Positions 26,301 to 38,503 of a stretch of 47,166 bases of DNA are shown one piece after another (positions within the stretch are counted from its first letter, which is position 1; each line of letters begins with the position of its first letter). The stretch comes from Octopus sinensis. Lineage: Eukaryota. The position numbers and the translations under genes are program-made. The DNA lies in assembly GCF_006345805.1 (NCBI RefSeq), contig NW_021835722.1, forward strand, positions 1-47,166, in the 5' to 3' direction. The notes below the pieces were generated by a model. It saw only the letters and a list, made by a program, of their open reading frames with translations. It ran no database searches and was not told where the DNA came from.

Positions 26301-28400
26301 TATATATATTCATACATATATTATATATCCATATATATATATTCATACATATATATATATATCCATAATATATTCATACATATATATATATATATATCTA
26401 ATATATTCATACATATATATATATATATCCATATATATATTCATACATATATATATATATATCCATATATATATATATCCAATATATATTCATACATATA
26501 TATATATATCCATATATATATTCATACATATATATATCCATATATATATCCATACATATAGATATCTCATATATATATTCATACATATATATATCCATAT
26601 ATATATTCATACATATATATATCCATATATATATTCATACATATATATATCCATATATATATTCATACATATATATATCCATATATATATTCATACATAT
26701 ATATATCCATATCAATATATATATTCATACATATATATATATATATCCATATCTACATACATATCTACATACATATCTACATACATATCTACATACATAT
26801 CTACATACATATCTACATACATATCTACATACATATCTACATACATATCTACATACAATATCTACATACATATCTACATACATATCTACATACATATCTA
26901 CAACATATCTACATACATATCTACATACATATCTACATACATATCTACATACATATCTACATACATATCTACATACATATCTACATACATATCTAATACA
27001 TATCTACATACATATCTACATACATATCTACATACATATCTACATACATATCTACATACATATCTACATACATATCTACATACATATTACATACATATCT
27101 ACATACATATCTACATACATATCTACATACATATCTACATACATATCTACATACATATCTACATACATATCTACATACATATCTACATACATATCTACAA
27201 CATATCTACATACATATCTACATACATATCTACATACATATCTACATACATATCTACATACATATCTACATACATATCTACATACATATCTACATACATA
27301 TCTACATACATATCTACATACATATCTACATACATATCTACATACATATCTACATACATATCTATACATACATATCTACATACATATCTACATAAATATT
27401 CATACATATCTACATACATATCTACATACATATCTACATACATATCTACATACATATCTACATACATATCTACATACATATCTACATACATATCTACATA
27501 CATATCTACATACATATCTACATACATATCTACATACATATCTACATACATATCACATACATATCTACATACATATCTACATACATATCACATAATATCT
27601 ACATACATATCTACATACATATCTACTACATATCTACATACATATCTACATACATATCTACATACATATCTAATACATATCTACATACATATCTACATAC
27701 ATAATATCTACATACATATCTACATACATATCTAATACATATCTACATACATATCTACATACATATCTACATACATATCTACATACATATCTACATACAT
27801 ATACATACATATCTACATACATATCTACATACATATCTACATACATATCTACATACATATCTACATACATATCTACATACATATCTACATACATATCTAC
27901 ATACATATCTACATACATATCACTACATATCTACATACATATCTACATACATATCTACATACATATTCTACAACATATCTACATACATATCTACATACAT
28001 ATCTACATACATATCTACATACATATCTACATACATATCTTACATACATACTACATACATATCTACATACATATCTACATACATATCTACATACATATCT
28101 ACATACATATCTACATACATATCTACATACATATCTACATACATATCTACATACATATCTACATACATATCTACATACATATCTACATACATATCTACAT
28201 ACATATCTACATACATATCTACATACATATCTACATACATATCTACATATATATCCATATATACACATACATATATATCCATATATATACATATACATAT
28301 ATATCCATATACATATATATCCATATATATCCATATACATATATATCCATATATATACATATACATATATTCATATACATATATTCATATATATAAATAT
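23360..28400. repeat. ~5-kb (TA)-derived compound satellite
   Basis: Blocks: ~24-28-mer ATATCCATAC(AT)n (23600-24650), 14-mer TACATATACATATC (24795-25080), ~28-30-mer ATTCATAC(AT)nCCAT (25340-26745), 12-mer ATCTACATACAT (26748-28245). Confidence 0.95.
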
Positions 28401-28533
28401 ATGTGTGTGTGTGTGTGTGTGTTTGTGTATGCGTATAAACAGAGAGGGGAAGACAATGAGAGAATGAGAGAAAGACAGAAAGAGAGACTGTGTGCGTGTG
28501 TGTGTGTGAGACTGTCCGATACCAAGTAATTAC

Positions 28534-28673
28534 AAAGTTGGCGTATGTTGCTGAGACACTGACTGCGTGGTCCTGAATACACCGTAATGATAAAAGCAGG
28601 TAAAGAACAAAAGAGACACGACTGGCGATCCGGAACTCCATCGTCTCAATCTTATACTGATCTCCGTGTCCAT
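28534..28673 (-). CDS. Candidate first coding exon with signal-peptide-like sequence
   Basis: gaaATGG start; MDTEISIRLRRWSSGSPVVSLLFFTCFYHYGVFRTTQSVSQQHTPT; donor TT|GTAATT, phase 2. An alternative frame from 28641 (MEFRIASRVSFVLYLLLSL...) is also hydrophobic. Confidence 0.35.
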
Positions 28674-29414
28674 TTCTTATTCAGAATCGAATAGATATTT
28701 ATTTCTTACAAGAAACACATTTATCAACTGTGAGATGAATATTCTGTATATTACATTTGCAGAGATTTTATTGTAAAGATAACTATGAATATGTAAAAGC
28801 AATATAGGAAAAATATATTCAATTTCCGAATGCAATAAATACGATTTACACATGGTTATAAGCTTGCTGTAAAGGAATTTCCGGACAAAAATTTGATATA
28901 CGGGATTTGAGCAAGCTGACATTAAATCATACATCAGTGTAATCAGTGTTAAAGGTACGTAGTAGAGAGAAAAGTATTTGCGAATAATGTAAATAGAAAG
29001 ACAAATAAGTAAAATGAATTATAAAGTAAGAATCATCAAGTACAAATAATATACGGTCATATGTGATGACCCCCGTATAGATAAAATTGAATATATATCA
29101 GTTGAAACGGCAGAAAAATATAGAATGATTTCCATACGCCAGAAAGATCAATCACCGTTATATACACATAACGAACTCGTCTCATTTCAGTTATAAGATG
29201 TTTGGCAAGACGACAGGGGATAAACAACATCGGGAAAGTGATAAAAATTGCTGAAATCAGAATTCGGTGCAGAGATACGTGCGAGGATTAATGTATGTCT
29301 ATATCTAACTCGCTACCTGTCTCTTTTTTGTCAGTCTCTCTGTCTATCCATTTCTTTATTTATGTACCTACTTATACCTATATAGCTACTTATTTACCTG
29401 TCTCCTATATATAT

Positions 29415-29629
29415 TATTTTACTCTTTTACTTGTTTCAGTCATTTGACTGCGGCCATGCTGGAGCACCCCCTTTAATCGAGCAACTCGACCCCGGGACTT
29501 ATTCTTTTGTAAGCCCAGTACTTATTCTATCGGTCACTTTTGTCGAACCGCTAAGTAACGGGGACATAAACACACCAGCATCGGTTGTCAAGCAATGCTA
29601 GGAGGACAAACACAGACACAAACACACAC

Positions 29630-29662
<33 letters not shown>

Positions 29663-29777
29663 CGACGGGCTTCTTTCACTTTCCGTCTACCAAATCCACT
29701 CACAAGGCTTTGTGGGACTGAACCCGGAACCATGTGGTTGGTAAACAAGCTACCTACCACACAGCCACTCCTGCGCT
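29415..29777 (-). mobile_element. SINE-A with ~50-bp internal deletion
   Basis: cacaaggcttt is joined directly to gtgggactg at ~29711. Confidence 0.9.
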
Positions 29778-29898
29778 TATTTATATATATATAAATTCAG
29801 GGTGAATACTTGATAATTGTAAGCACCTGTATATACCATTTAGTGGTGTAGGTGATAGAGTATATTAATCAAAATAAAAACATGATGCAGAGGATTTA

Positions 29899-29976
29899 GC
29901 GGTACATATGTTTCGGGCCTTTATTAGACGGTTATATAACAATGCATAATGTGTGTCTATAGCCTTCTTCAGCCGC
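29899..29976 (-). ncRNA. Type-I hammerhead ribozyme with extended stem II
   Basis: GCGG-CUGAAGA-A-GGC...UAGAC...GUCUA...GCC-C-GAAA-CAUAUG-UA-CCGC. Confidence 0.75.
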
Positions 29977-30230
29977 GTACAATTACTACTTCAAGGACAT
30001 GTATTGCATTATAAGTTTTACGTTAGGGATGCAAATCCTCATAGTCGCGTACGACAGAGTGGGGCACCAACACAGAATCGAAGCGTCCATCCCGTTTTTC
30101 ACTCGATTCTACATCGATGGACGCTTCGATTCTGTGTTGGTGCCCCACTCTGTCGTCCGCGACTATGAGGATTTGCATCCCTAACGTAAAACTTTTAATG
30201 TTGTACATGTCCTTGAAGCAGTAATTGTAC

Positions 30231-30308
30231 GCAGCTGAAGAAGTCTATAGACACACATTATGCATTGTTATAAAACCATCTAATAAAGGCCCGAAACATA
30301 TGTACCGC
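30231..30308 (+). ncRNA. Second hammerhead copy, stems I and II weakened
   Basis: GCAG-CUGAAGA-A-GUC...GCC-C-GAAA-CAUAUG-UA-CCGC; core intact, with stem mismatches. Confidence 0.6.
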
Positions 30309-30642
30309 TAAATCCTTTGCATCATGTTTTTATTTTGATTAATATACTCTATCACCTACACCACTAAATGGTATATACAGGTGCTTACAATTATCAAGTA
30401 TTCACCCTGATTTTATATATGTATATATATATATACAGGCACACATATATACATATACATATAAAGGAGTTCACTTTTAGTGGATTCCCTCTCATATGTA
30501 TCAATATTATTTACTGAATCTCAGTTTTTTATGCGCTAAACCATTGGTGTTAGACTGATATTATTAAATTAATATACCCTTTTTCACCCTCATTTTGATT
30601 TTAATTCTATATATATATATATATGAAAAATATATGTATACG

Positions 30643-30716
30643 CTTTTACTCTTACTTGTTTCAGGCATTTGACTGTGGCCATGCTGGAGCACCGCATTCA
30701 CTCGAGCAAATCGACC
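30643..30716 (-). mobile_element. SINE-A 3' tail fragment
   Basis: ttttactcttacttgtttcaggcatttgactgtggccatgctggagcaccgc...gagcaaatcgacc. Confidence 0.85.
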
Positions 30717-31363
30717 TTGGTGGTGTTGGTCGTCGTGGTAATGGTGGTGGTGTTTGTGGCAGAGTTGTCCGTAGTAGTATTTGACTGTGAAGCTGTCGTC
30801 TGGATTCTTCCAATATTTTCGTGTGTCGATGGCGGCGGCGTTGGCGTCGATGCTTGCACCTGCACCTGTGATGCTTCCCTCCCCTTCTTCCCTCCCTCGT
30901 GAAGCTGTGGGGAAGGCAGTGTAAGGAAATCAACGTCGTAAAGCGTTGTCAAGGAGACCAGCCTTCTTTTCAACAACGACTTCATGGCTTGAAGACGCCA
31001 TGCCCAAAACAGAAAATGGCTAAGAAAGCCCGAAAGCAAATTCAACAAAATCGGGAAACACGCCACACAGGGATGGTTTCCCGTGCAAATAATTTGCACA
31101 ACCGAATGCTTTAGTTGTTGCACAAATTTTACATACGAAATATTATCCGAACACAAACTTTTGAAGGCAATATTGTATGGCGATGGTATTTGTGAAATAT
31201 GGTAATAGATTTAGTAGCCAAAAGGAGAGAGCGGAGGCATAGTATGGTGGTGGTGGCGGCGGTGGTAGTGGCAGCGGTGGTGGCGGTGGTGTTGGTAGTG
31301 GTGATGGTGGTCGTGGTCGTGGTGGTCGTCGTGTTTGTGGTGGTGATGGTGGTCGTCGTCGTG

Positions 31364-31395
<32 letters not shown>

Positions 31396-32887
31396 CGTCG
31401 TGATGGTGGTGGCGATGGTGGTGGTGGTGGTGGTCATGGTGGTAGTGGTGATGGTGTTGGTCGTGGTGGTGGTGGCTGAAGCCGTCGTCTGGGTTCTTCC
31501 AATTTTTTCGTGTGTCGGTGGCGGCGTTGGCGTTCATGCTCGCACCTGCACCTGTGTAGCTCCTCCCCTTCTTCAATCCCTCGTGAAGCTGTGGGGAAGG
31601 CAGGGTAAGGAAATCAACGTCGTAAAGCGTTGTCAAGGAGACCAGCCTTCTTTTAGAACAACGACTTCATGGCTTTGAAGTCGCACAAAACAGAAATCGC
31701 TAAAAAAGCTGAGACAGATCCACAAAAACGGCAAAAACCGCCACACAGGGCAGGTTTCCCGTGCAAACAATTTGCACAACCGAATGTTTTAGTTGTTGCA
31801 CAAATTTTACAAAAAATATTATCCGAACACCAACATTTGAAGTTTAGTATTGTCTTTTTTTCATTTTTAACGCTTGTGCAAAATTTGATTTGTTTTTGGT
31901 GGTAGTGTTGGTGTCACTTGTAGTGGTTGAGGTTGTAGTAATAGTGTGGTGTTGTTGGCAGTTACGGTAGACGGCGAAACGACGATATCATTGCTGTTGT
32001 TGTTGTTGGTGGTGGTGGTGGTAGTGTCGGTGTTGGTAGTGGTGGTAGTGTTGGTGTCACTTGTAGTGGTTGAGGTTGTAGTAGTAGTGGTGGTGTTGTT
32101 GGCAGTTATGGTAAACGGCAAAACGACGATATCGTTGTTGTTGTCGTTGATGGTGATAGTGGTGGTTGTTGTGGTGGTAGTGATGATGGCGGTGGTGGTC
32201 GTCGTCGTGGTGGTGGTAGTGTTGGTGTCACTTGTAGTGGTTTAGGTTGTAGTAGTAGTGGTGGTGTTGTTGTTGGCAGTTATGGTAGACGGTAAAACGA
32301 CGATATCGTTGCTGTTGTTGTTGTCGTTGTTGGTGGTGGTGACGGTGGAATTTCTCAATTCACTGGAGCCTCCTGGACTACTTCCACACATATTAGCACT
32401 TACAGTTGGAACTCCTGTAATGCTACTCCGCAATCTGGAACCACCAAGAGTTTCCAATGGAACACGACTGGTGATAAAGAAAATGATGTCACACGTTATC
32501 GAAGCGATCATTCTTTCTGGATGTGGAAAAGCTGATGACGTCTTTATTCTAAGATTTCCTCTTACTCCATCAGGAGCAGAAATTCCATTTACATTCAGAA
32601 GACTGCAATTCCCCCTTCGTATCAGCCTTGCCATGTCCATTAACAAATCTCAGGGTCAAACCCTCTCAGTAGTTGGTCTTCTCTTGAAAGAGCCATGCTT
32701 CTTGCATGGGCAACTGTATGTTGGCTGCTCAAGAGTAGGAACCAAAAGAAACCTTTTTGTATATGCTCCGCAAGGAAAAACAAGGAATATTGTTTACAAC
32801 GAGGTGTTATTATCTCAACAGCCAGAAGGTATATACGTGATCCCCTTTTTTAACGAACTTCATGTACATTCATGTCTTTATATTAAA

Positions 32888-32945
<58 letters not shown>

Positions 32946-32949
32946 ATCC

Positions 32950-32984
<35 letters not shown>

Positions 32985-33001
32985 GGTGTGTGTGTTGTAT
33001 T

Positions 33002-33043
<42 letters not shown>

Positions 33044-33114
33044 ATATATAAAAAAAAAAAAAGTCTAATACTTCAATTGAATGTAACAGGGCAACGCCGG
33101 GTATCTCTGCTATG
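30717..33114 (+). mobile_element. Composite 5'-truncated Helitron derivative
   Basis: Two tandem ~400-bp modules (30717-31150, 31470-31850), GTG/GTT-rich repeats, a PIF1 fragment, and a degenerate 3' end ACAGGGCAACGCCGGGTATCTCTGCTATG at 33086-33114. Confidence 0.65.
32345..32809 (+). pseudogene. Helitron Rep/Hel PIF1-like helicase C-terminal fragment
   Basis: EFLNSLEPPGLLPH.L.L.VG.PVMLLRNL...NGTRL...RRLQFPLRISLAMSINKSQGQTL...HGQLYVGCSRV...TRNIVYNEVL; open frame but no N-terminal motifs or Rep domain. Confidence 0.95.
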
Positions 33115-33119
33115 TAAAT

Positions 33120-33138
33120 ATGTGTGTGTATATATATA

Positions 33139-33170
<32 letters not shown>

Positions 33171-33209
33171 ATATGTATATATATATGTATATATATGTGT
33201 ATATATATA

Positions 33210-33254
<45 letters not shown>

Positions 33255-33642
33255 ATGTGTGTGTGTATATGTATATATATATGTGTGTGTATATGTATAT
33301 ATATGTATATGTGTGTGTATATGTATATATATGTATATGTGTGTGTATATGTATATATATATATATATGTGTGTGTATATGTATATATATGTGTGTATAT
33401 GCATATATATGTGGTGTATATGTATATATATGTGTGTGTGTATATATGTATATATATATATGTGTGTGTGTATATATATATATGTGTGTGTGTATATATA
33501 TATGTGTGTATGTATATATATTTGTGTATATATATATGTGCATATATATATGTGTATATATATATATGTGCATATATATATATGTGCATATATATATATG
33601 TGCATATATATATATGTGTATATATATATGTGTATATATATG
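33120..33642. repeat. (TA)/(TG) compound microsatellite
   Basis: Directly visible. Confidence 0.95.
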
Positions 33643-34312
33643 CAAGGGGGAGCGGAGGAGATAAAGGGAGAGAAATGAGGATTGAAAATCGGTCTGAAAC
33701 GATGATTATTTATGCTTAAAAATACTCTTAAAATGTAAGGTAACTTTCGGTGTAAAAGTAAGTGTGTTAGTACATATACGTGTAAATTTAATGTGTTAAA
33801 TGTAGCCGTTTGGAGAAGCAAAAAAAAGTAACAGAATTTTCTGAGAATTGGAATATTCATAAAATGAATTATCTGGATTTACCCACTTTCTACGATCTTC
33901 ACCGACTTCATTACTAATTTAGTTGCCTGTAATTAAGCTGAGACCGGCTTTAGGTTCATTAGACCCGATGGCAACTGAACTTTATAAACTGAATAATTAA
34001 TTTAGATTCAGTGCTTTAAATAATTTAAATATTTCAGGCTAAAATATGGGGGTAAATTCAATTATCTCGAAAAACGCCACTTTAAAGAAATACATAATCA
34101 TTGTGAGTAATTATATTTAAAATCAAATTGAATAATTGAATATAGTTAATTAAAATTTAAAATGCAAATCAATAAGCTAAGATTGAAAATTAAAATTATA
34201 TGTTTAAAACGTAGAATTAAAAGTTCAACGAGGCAAAATTTACATTTATGAGGAGCTAAGTAAACAAATATGAGAGAATTTAAAATTATATTTTCAAAAA
34301 TAATGCAAATAA

Positions 34313-34491
34313 TGCAGGGGTGGCTGTGTGGTAAGTAGCTTGCTAACCAACCACATGGTTCCGGGTTCAGTCCCACTGCGTGGCATCTTGGGCAAGTGTC
34401 TTCTGCTATTACCCCGGGCCGACCAATGCCTTGTGAGTGGATTTGGTAGACGGAAACTGAAAGAAGCCTGTCGTATATATGTGTATATATA

Positions 34492-34551
<60 letters not shown>

Positions 34552-34776
34552 TGTGTGTCTTTGTTTGTTTGTCTGTGTTTGTCCCACTAGCATTGCTTGA
34601 CAACCGATGCTGGTGTGTTTACGTTCCCGTCACTCAGCGGTTCGGCAAAAGAGACCGATAGAATAAGTACTGGGCTTACAAAGACTAAGTCCCGGGGTCG
34701 ATTTGCTCGACTAAAGGCGGTGTTCCAGCATGGCCGCAGTCAAATGACTGAAACAAGTAAAAGAGTAAAAGAGTAA
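34313..34776 (+). mobile_element. SINE-A, full length
   Basis: A-box gtggctgtgtggtaag, B-box ggttcagtccc, internal (TA)n, (AAGAGTA)n tail. Confidence 0.92.
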
Positions 34777-35170
34777 TGCTTTAGATTAAACATTTCTTCA
34801 CATTGAAATATCTTTTTTATTAAAACTAGAAGAAATTGAATAACCTCAGGTAGGCTGAGGTTACTCATGGAGAAAATTGTTCGTATCTGAATATTTTTAC
34901 TTACTCCGAGAATCTCAGGTAATGAGATTTTCAATAACTGTGTCGTGTACATTACAGATTTGCATATACGCGTATATTTCATCCCGTTCTCTTCGTTGAG
35001 ACTGGAATATACGAATATCTTGGTGAAAGTATATTACAAAAGAATTCTCTGCTAAATTCAACAGCAAAATCTATATTACCCTGATAGAGTCAAAATGTTG
35101 ACAAACATTCTAGATGTGCTTTGTAGACGCAACAGCTACATATATATCTAGGTAGAATACGATATTTTTA

Positions 35171-35588
35171 AGGCGGCGAGCTGGCAGAAACGTTAGCACG
35201 CCGGGCGAAATGCGAATCCGTATTTCGTCTGCCGTTACGTTGTGAGTTCAAATTCCGCCAAGGTCGACTATGCTTTTCATTCTTTCGGAGTTGATCAATA
35301 AAGTACCAGTTCCGCACTAGGGTCGGTGTAATCGACTTTATCCGTTTGTCTGTCCTTGTTTGTGCCCTCTGTGTTTAATCCCTTGTGGTTAGTAAAGAAA
35401 TAGGTATTTCGTCTGCTGTTACGTTCTGAGTTCAAATTCCGCCGAGGCCGACTTTACCTTCCATCCTTTCGGGGTCGATTAAATAAGTACCAGTTATGCA
35501 CTGGGGTCGATATAATCGGCTTAATCTGTTTGTCTGTCCTTGTTTGTCCCCTCTATGTTTAGCCCCTTGTGGGCAATAAAGAAATAAG
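35171..35588 (+). mobile_element. SINE-B dimer
   Basis: Full monomer 35171-35402 plus a second monomer lacking the first ~48 nt (35403-35588). Confidence 0.9.
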
Positions 35589-36159
35589 TATTCGATATCC
35601 TTTCTACAATACCACCCGATATTACCATGTTAAGGTCATAATCATCACCACAGCAGACCTGTAAGAGATTTTCAATTAATTTTCTCATAACATAGTACAA
35701 ATTAAACAATTTTTAATCTGTAAGCATTTTTCACATGAAATGCTTATAAATAAATATTTATAGGTTTATCTACATTATATGTTTGATATATTCTGGACAG
35801 CTATGCCATTTATATTTATAAACTTTTATATTAAATAATCCTCCAAATAGTTGTTTGCCATAAAATGAGGGCGCCGCTTATTTCACGTAAAAATATGGAA
35901 CTCAAAATCTAATTTCTGAATTAATTGTTAAATATACTAGGGAGAAATTAGAAAGGTCTGATGTCGAATAACGTCCCCACTGCTAAATCTCACGTAAATG
36001 GTTTTATATTTCGTTACATTGTATCCTCTTTGTGAAAAGTCTGGCTGCATACACGTTAGCATATGTCAAGTGCATACAATTGACAACACAGTTAAGATTT
36101 ATTCAGTGAGTTCTATTCAACACATGTTTACACGTGGAATTAACAGAATCATTATTAAC

Positions 36160-36339
36160 TTTAGATGGCTCGCAGGCGAGGTGAACAAATTAGTGAGAGA
36201 GATAGACTGGCAAAACTTCTACGCCGTCTTGCAGTCTTGGGAAGAGCTATCTGAGCGGAAAATTCGTGGATGTATTCAACATCAAACTCGTGTTCGGCGT
36301 GAAATAGTTGACTGTCGTGGTGGTAACAGATTCGTGTAA
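36160..36339 (+). pseudogene. Possible Tc1/mariner-like transposase C-terminal remnant
   Basis: VLQSWEELSERKIRGCIQHQTRVRREIVDCRGGNRF* fits the W..I....I......R...VI...GG terminus; bracketed by a ~28-bp inverted repeat (36023-36052 vs 36384-36412 and 36910-36939). Confidence 0.45.
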
Positions 36340-36462
36340 TAAATTTTGTGTCTATTTTTGTTTCATAATATATATATTTTTTCGGATGCAACCAGACTTT
36401 TCACACAAAGATTATTCATGTATACTAACAGGCGTAGATTCTCTATGAATATATGCTAACAT

Positions 36463-36669
36463 ATACTCTTTACTCTTTTACTCTTTTACTTGTTTCAGTC
36501 ATTTGACTGCGGTCATGGCGGAGCACCGCCTTTAGTCGAGCAAATCGAACCCGGAACTTATTCTTTATAAGCCCAGTACTTATTCTATCGGCCTCTTTTG
36601 CTGAACCGCTAAGTGACGGGGACGTAAACACACCAGGATCGGTTGTCAATCAATGCTAGGGAGACGTAA

Positions 36670-36704
<35 letters not shown>

Positions 36705-36901
36705 GAGACACACATATACACATATACATACATATATACGACAGGCTTCTTTCAGTTTCCGTCTACCAAATCCACTCACAAAGCATTGGTCGGCCCGTGG
36801 CTATAGCAGAAGACACTTGCCCAAGGTGCCACGCAGTGGGACTGAACCCGGAACCATGTGGTTGGTAAGCAAGCTACTTACCACACAGCCACTCCTGCGC
36901 C
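36463..36901 (-). mobile_element. SINE-A, full length, between ~87-bp direct repeats
   Basis: Matches the other copies; flanks are 36375-36462 and 36902-36988. Confidence 0.92.
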
Positions 36902-37565
36902 TATTTTTCGTATGCAGCCAGATTTTACACACAGAGATTCTTCATGCATACTAACAGGCGTAGGTTCTCTATGAATATATGCTAACATGTAAATACACCT
37001 AAGATAAATATCAATCCGAAAAACAAGAAAGGAATTCAAGATTTATCCTGGTAAGCTACGGCTCTATATAACTCTTCTGAAAGCTAGTTCCTTTCGTTGC
37101 TAGAGTACAAGATAATATTTTTGCATTAAAGATTTGCAAAAGGAATTCCGATCGTGATACACAAACGGTGCAGCCGTGATCTTCATATAAATGTCTATAG
37201 AATTTTTTATAATTAAATGACCAATTAATTATGAATGCCGCCTAACTGTATACGCTGATAACTGACTGCTAAAGATTCGGTGATTTAGAATATTAATTCT
37301 TTAAGAGAAGCAAAAACGCTTAGTGAGAAAAGGCAAGTTCTTTAGGCATTGATCTCAAAGATTGCTTAGATGCTTTCCTCTATTTAGAGAAAAATCGTAT
37401 GATTTCAATTCGTCTAAGCTCTCACAATTTAGGGGAGAAAAAAAGATCTCCCCGCCCCCCAAATAGAAGTAAAAATGAAAAGAGTGCAGTTTATTGGTTA
37501 TATAATTATGTTCTCTCAAGATATTGTCAAATACACTATATTCCGTAACATATATTACATATATG

Positions 37566-37947
37566 TGGAGGCGCAATGGCCCAGTGGTTAGGGCAGCGCA
37601 CTCGCGGTCATAGGATCGCGGTTTCGATTCCCAGACCGGGCGTTGTGAGTTTTTATTGAGCGAAAACACCTAAAGCTCCACGAGGCTCCGGCAGGGGAAG
37701 GTGGTGATCCCTGCTGTACTCTTTCACCACAACTTTCTCTCACTCTTACTTCCTGTTTCTGTTGTACCTGTATTTCAAAGGGCCGGCTTTGTCACTCTGT
37801 GTCACGCTGAATATCCCCGAGAACTACGTTAAGGGTACACGTGTCTGTGGAGTGCTCAGCCACTTACACGTTAATTTCACGAGCAGGCTGTTCCGTTGAT
37901 TCGGATCAACCGGAACCCTCGTCGTCGTAACCGACGGAGTGCTTCCA
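37566..37947 (+). mobile_element. SINE-D, full-length tRNA-derived SINE
   Basis: A-box tggcccagtggttagggc, B-box ggtttcgattccc, 12-bp TSD ATTACATATATG (37554-37565, 37948-37959). Confidence 0.92.
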
Positions 37948-37969
37948 ATTACATATATGCATATACCTA

Positions 37970-38016
37970 GGTATGTATATATATATCTATCTATATATAT
38001 ATACATATATATATCC

Positions 38017-38065
<49 letters not shown>

Positions 38066-38328
38066 TGCATATATATACATGCATATAGATACATACATAT
38101 AGATACATACATATACACACACACATACATGCACACACATACATACATGCACACACACGCATACATGCACACACACGCATACATACACACACGCACATAC
38201 ACAAACACATACATACACACACACATATACATACATACACACACACACACATACATACACACACATATACATACACACACACACACGCATACATACACAC
38301 ACATATACATACACACACACACACACAC

Positions 38329-38365
<37 letters not shown>

Positions 38366-38366
38366 T
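37970..38366. repeat. (TA)/(CA) compound microsatellite
   Basis: Directly visible. Confidence 0.95.
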
Positions 38367-38469
38367 CGCAGCTAATAACTTTGTGGTAACTAATTTTATT
38401 TCATTACTTCTCATTCACGTTGCATCTCTCGCAAATCGCGCACGCACGCTCATACAGGCACGCAAGCAA

Positions 38470-38503
<34 letters not shown>

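Larger units (their letters stand above)
29787..30420. repeat. 634-bp palindrome: two 305-bp inverted Penelope-like termini with a 24-bp spacer
   Basis: 29787-30091 is the reverse complement of 30116-30420 with few mismatches; both outer ends run into (TA)n. Confidence 0.95.

Noticed and set aside
23144-28366. Many 80-330-aa Y/I/M/H/D-rich ORFs, also at 33000-33860 and 37824-38414
   Set aside because: Microsatellite translations on both strands with no protein features.
31129-32245. Poly-His, poly-Thr and poly-Val ORFs resembling mucins or His-rich proteins
   Set aside because: GTG/CAC triplet repeats open in several frames inside a Helitron-associated repeat.
37566-37640. tRNA-like sequences here and at 14024-14100
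   Set aside because: They continue into SINE bodies with TSDs and lack a proper cloverleaf, so they are SINE heads and not tRNA genes.
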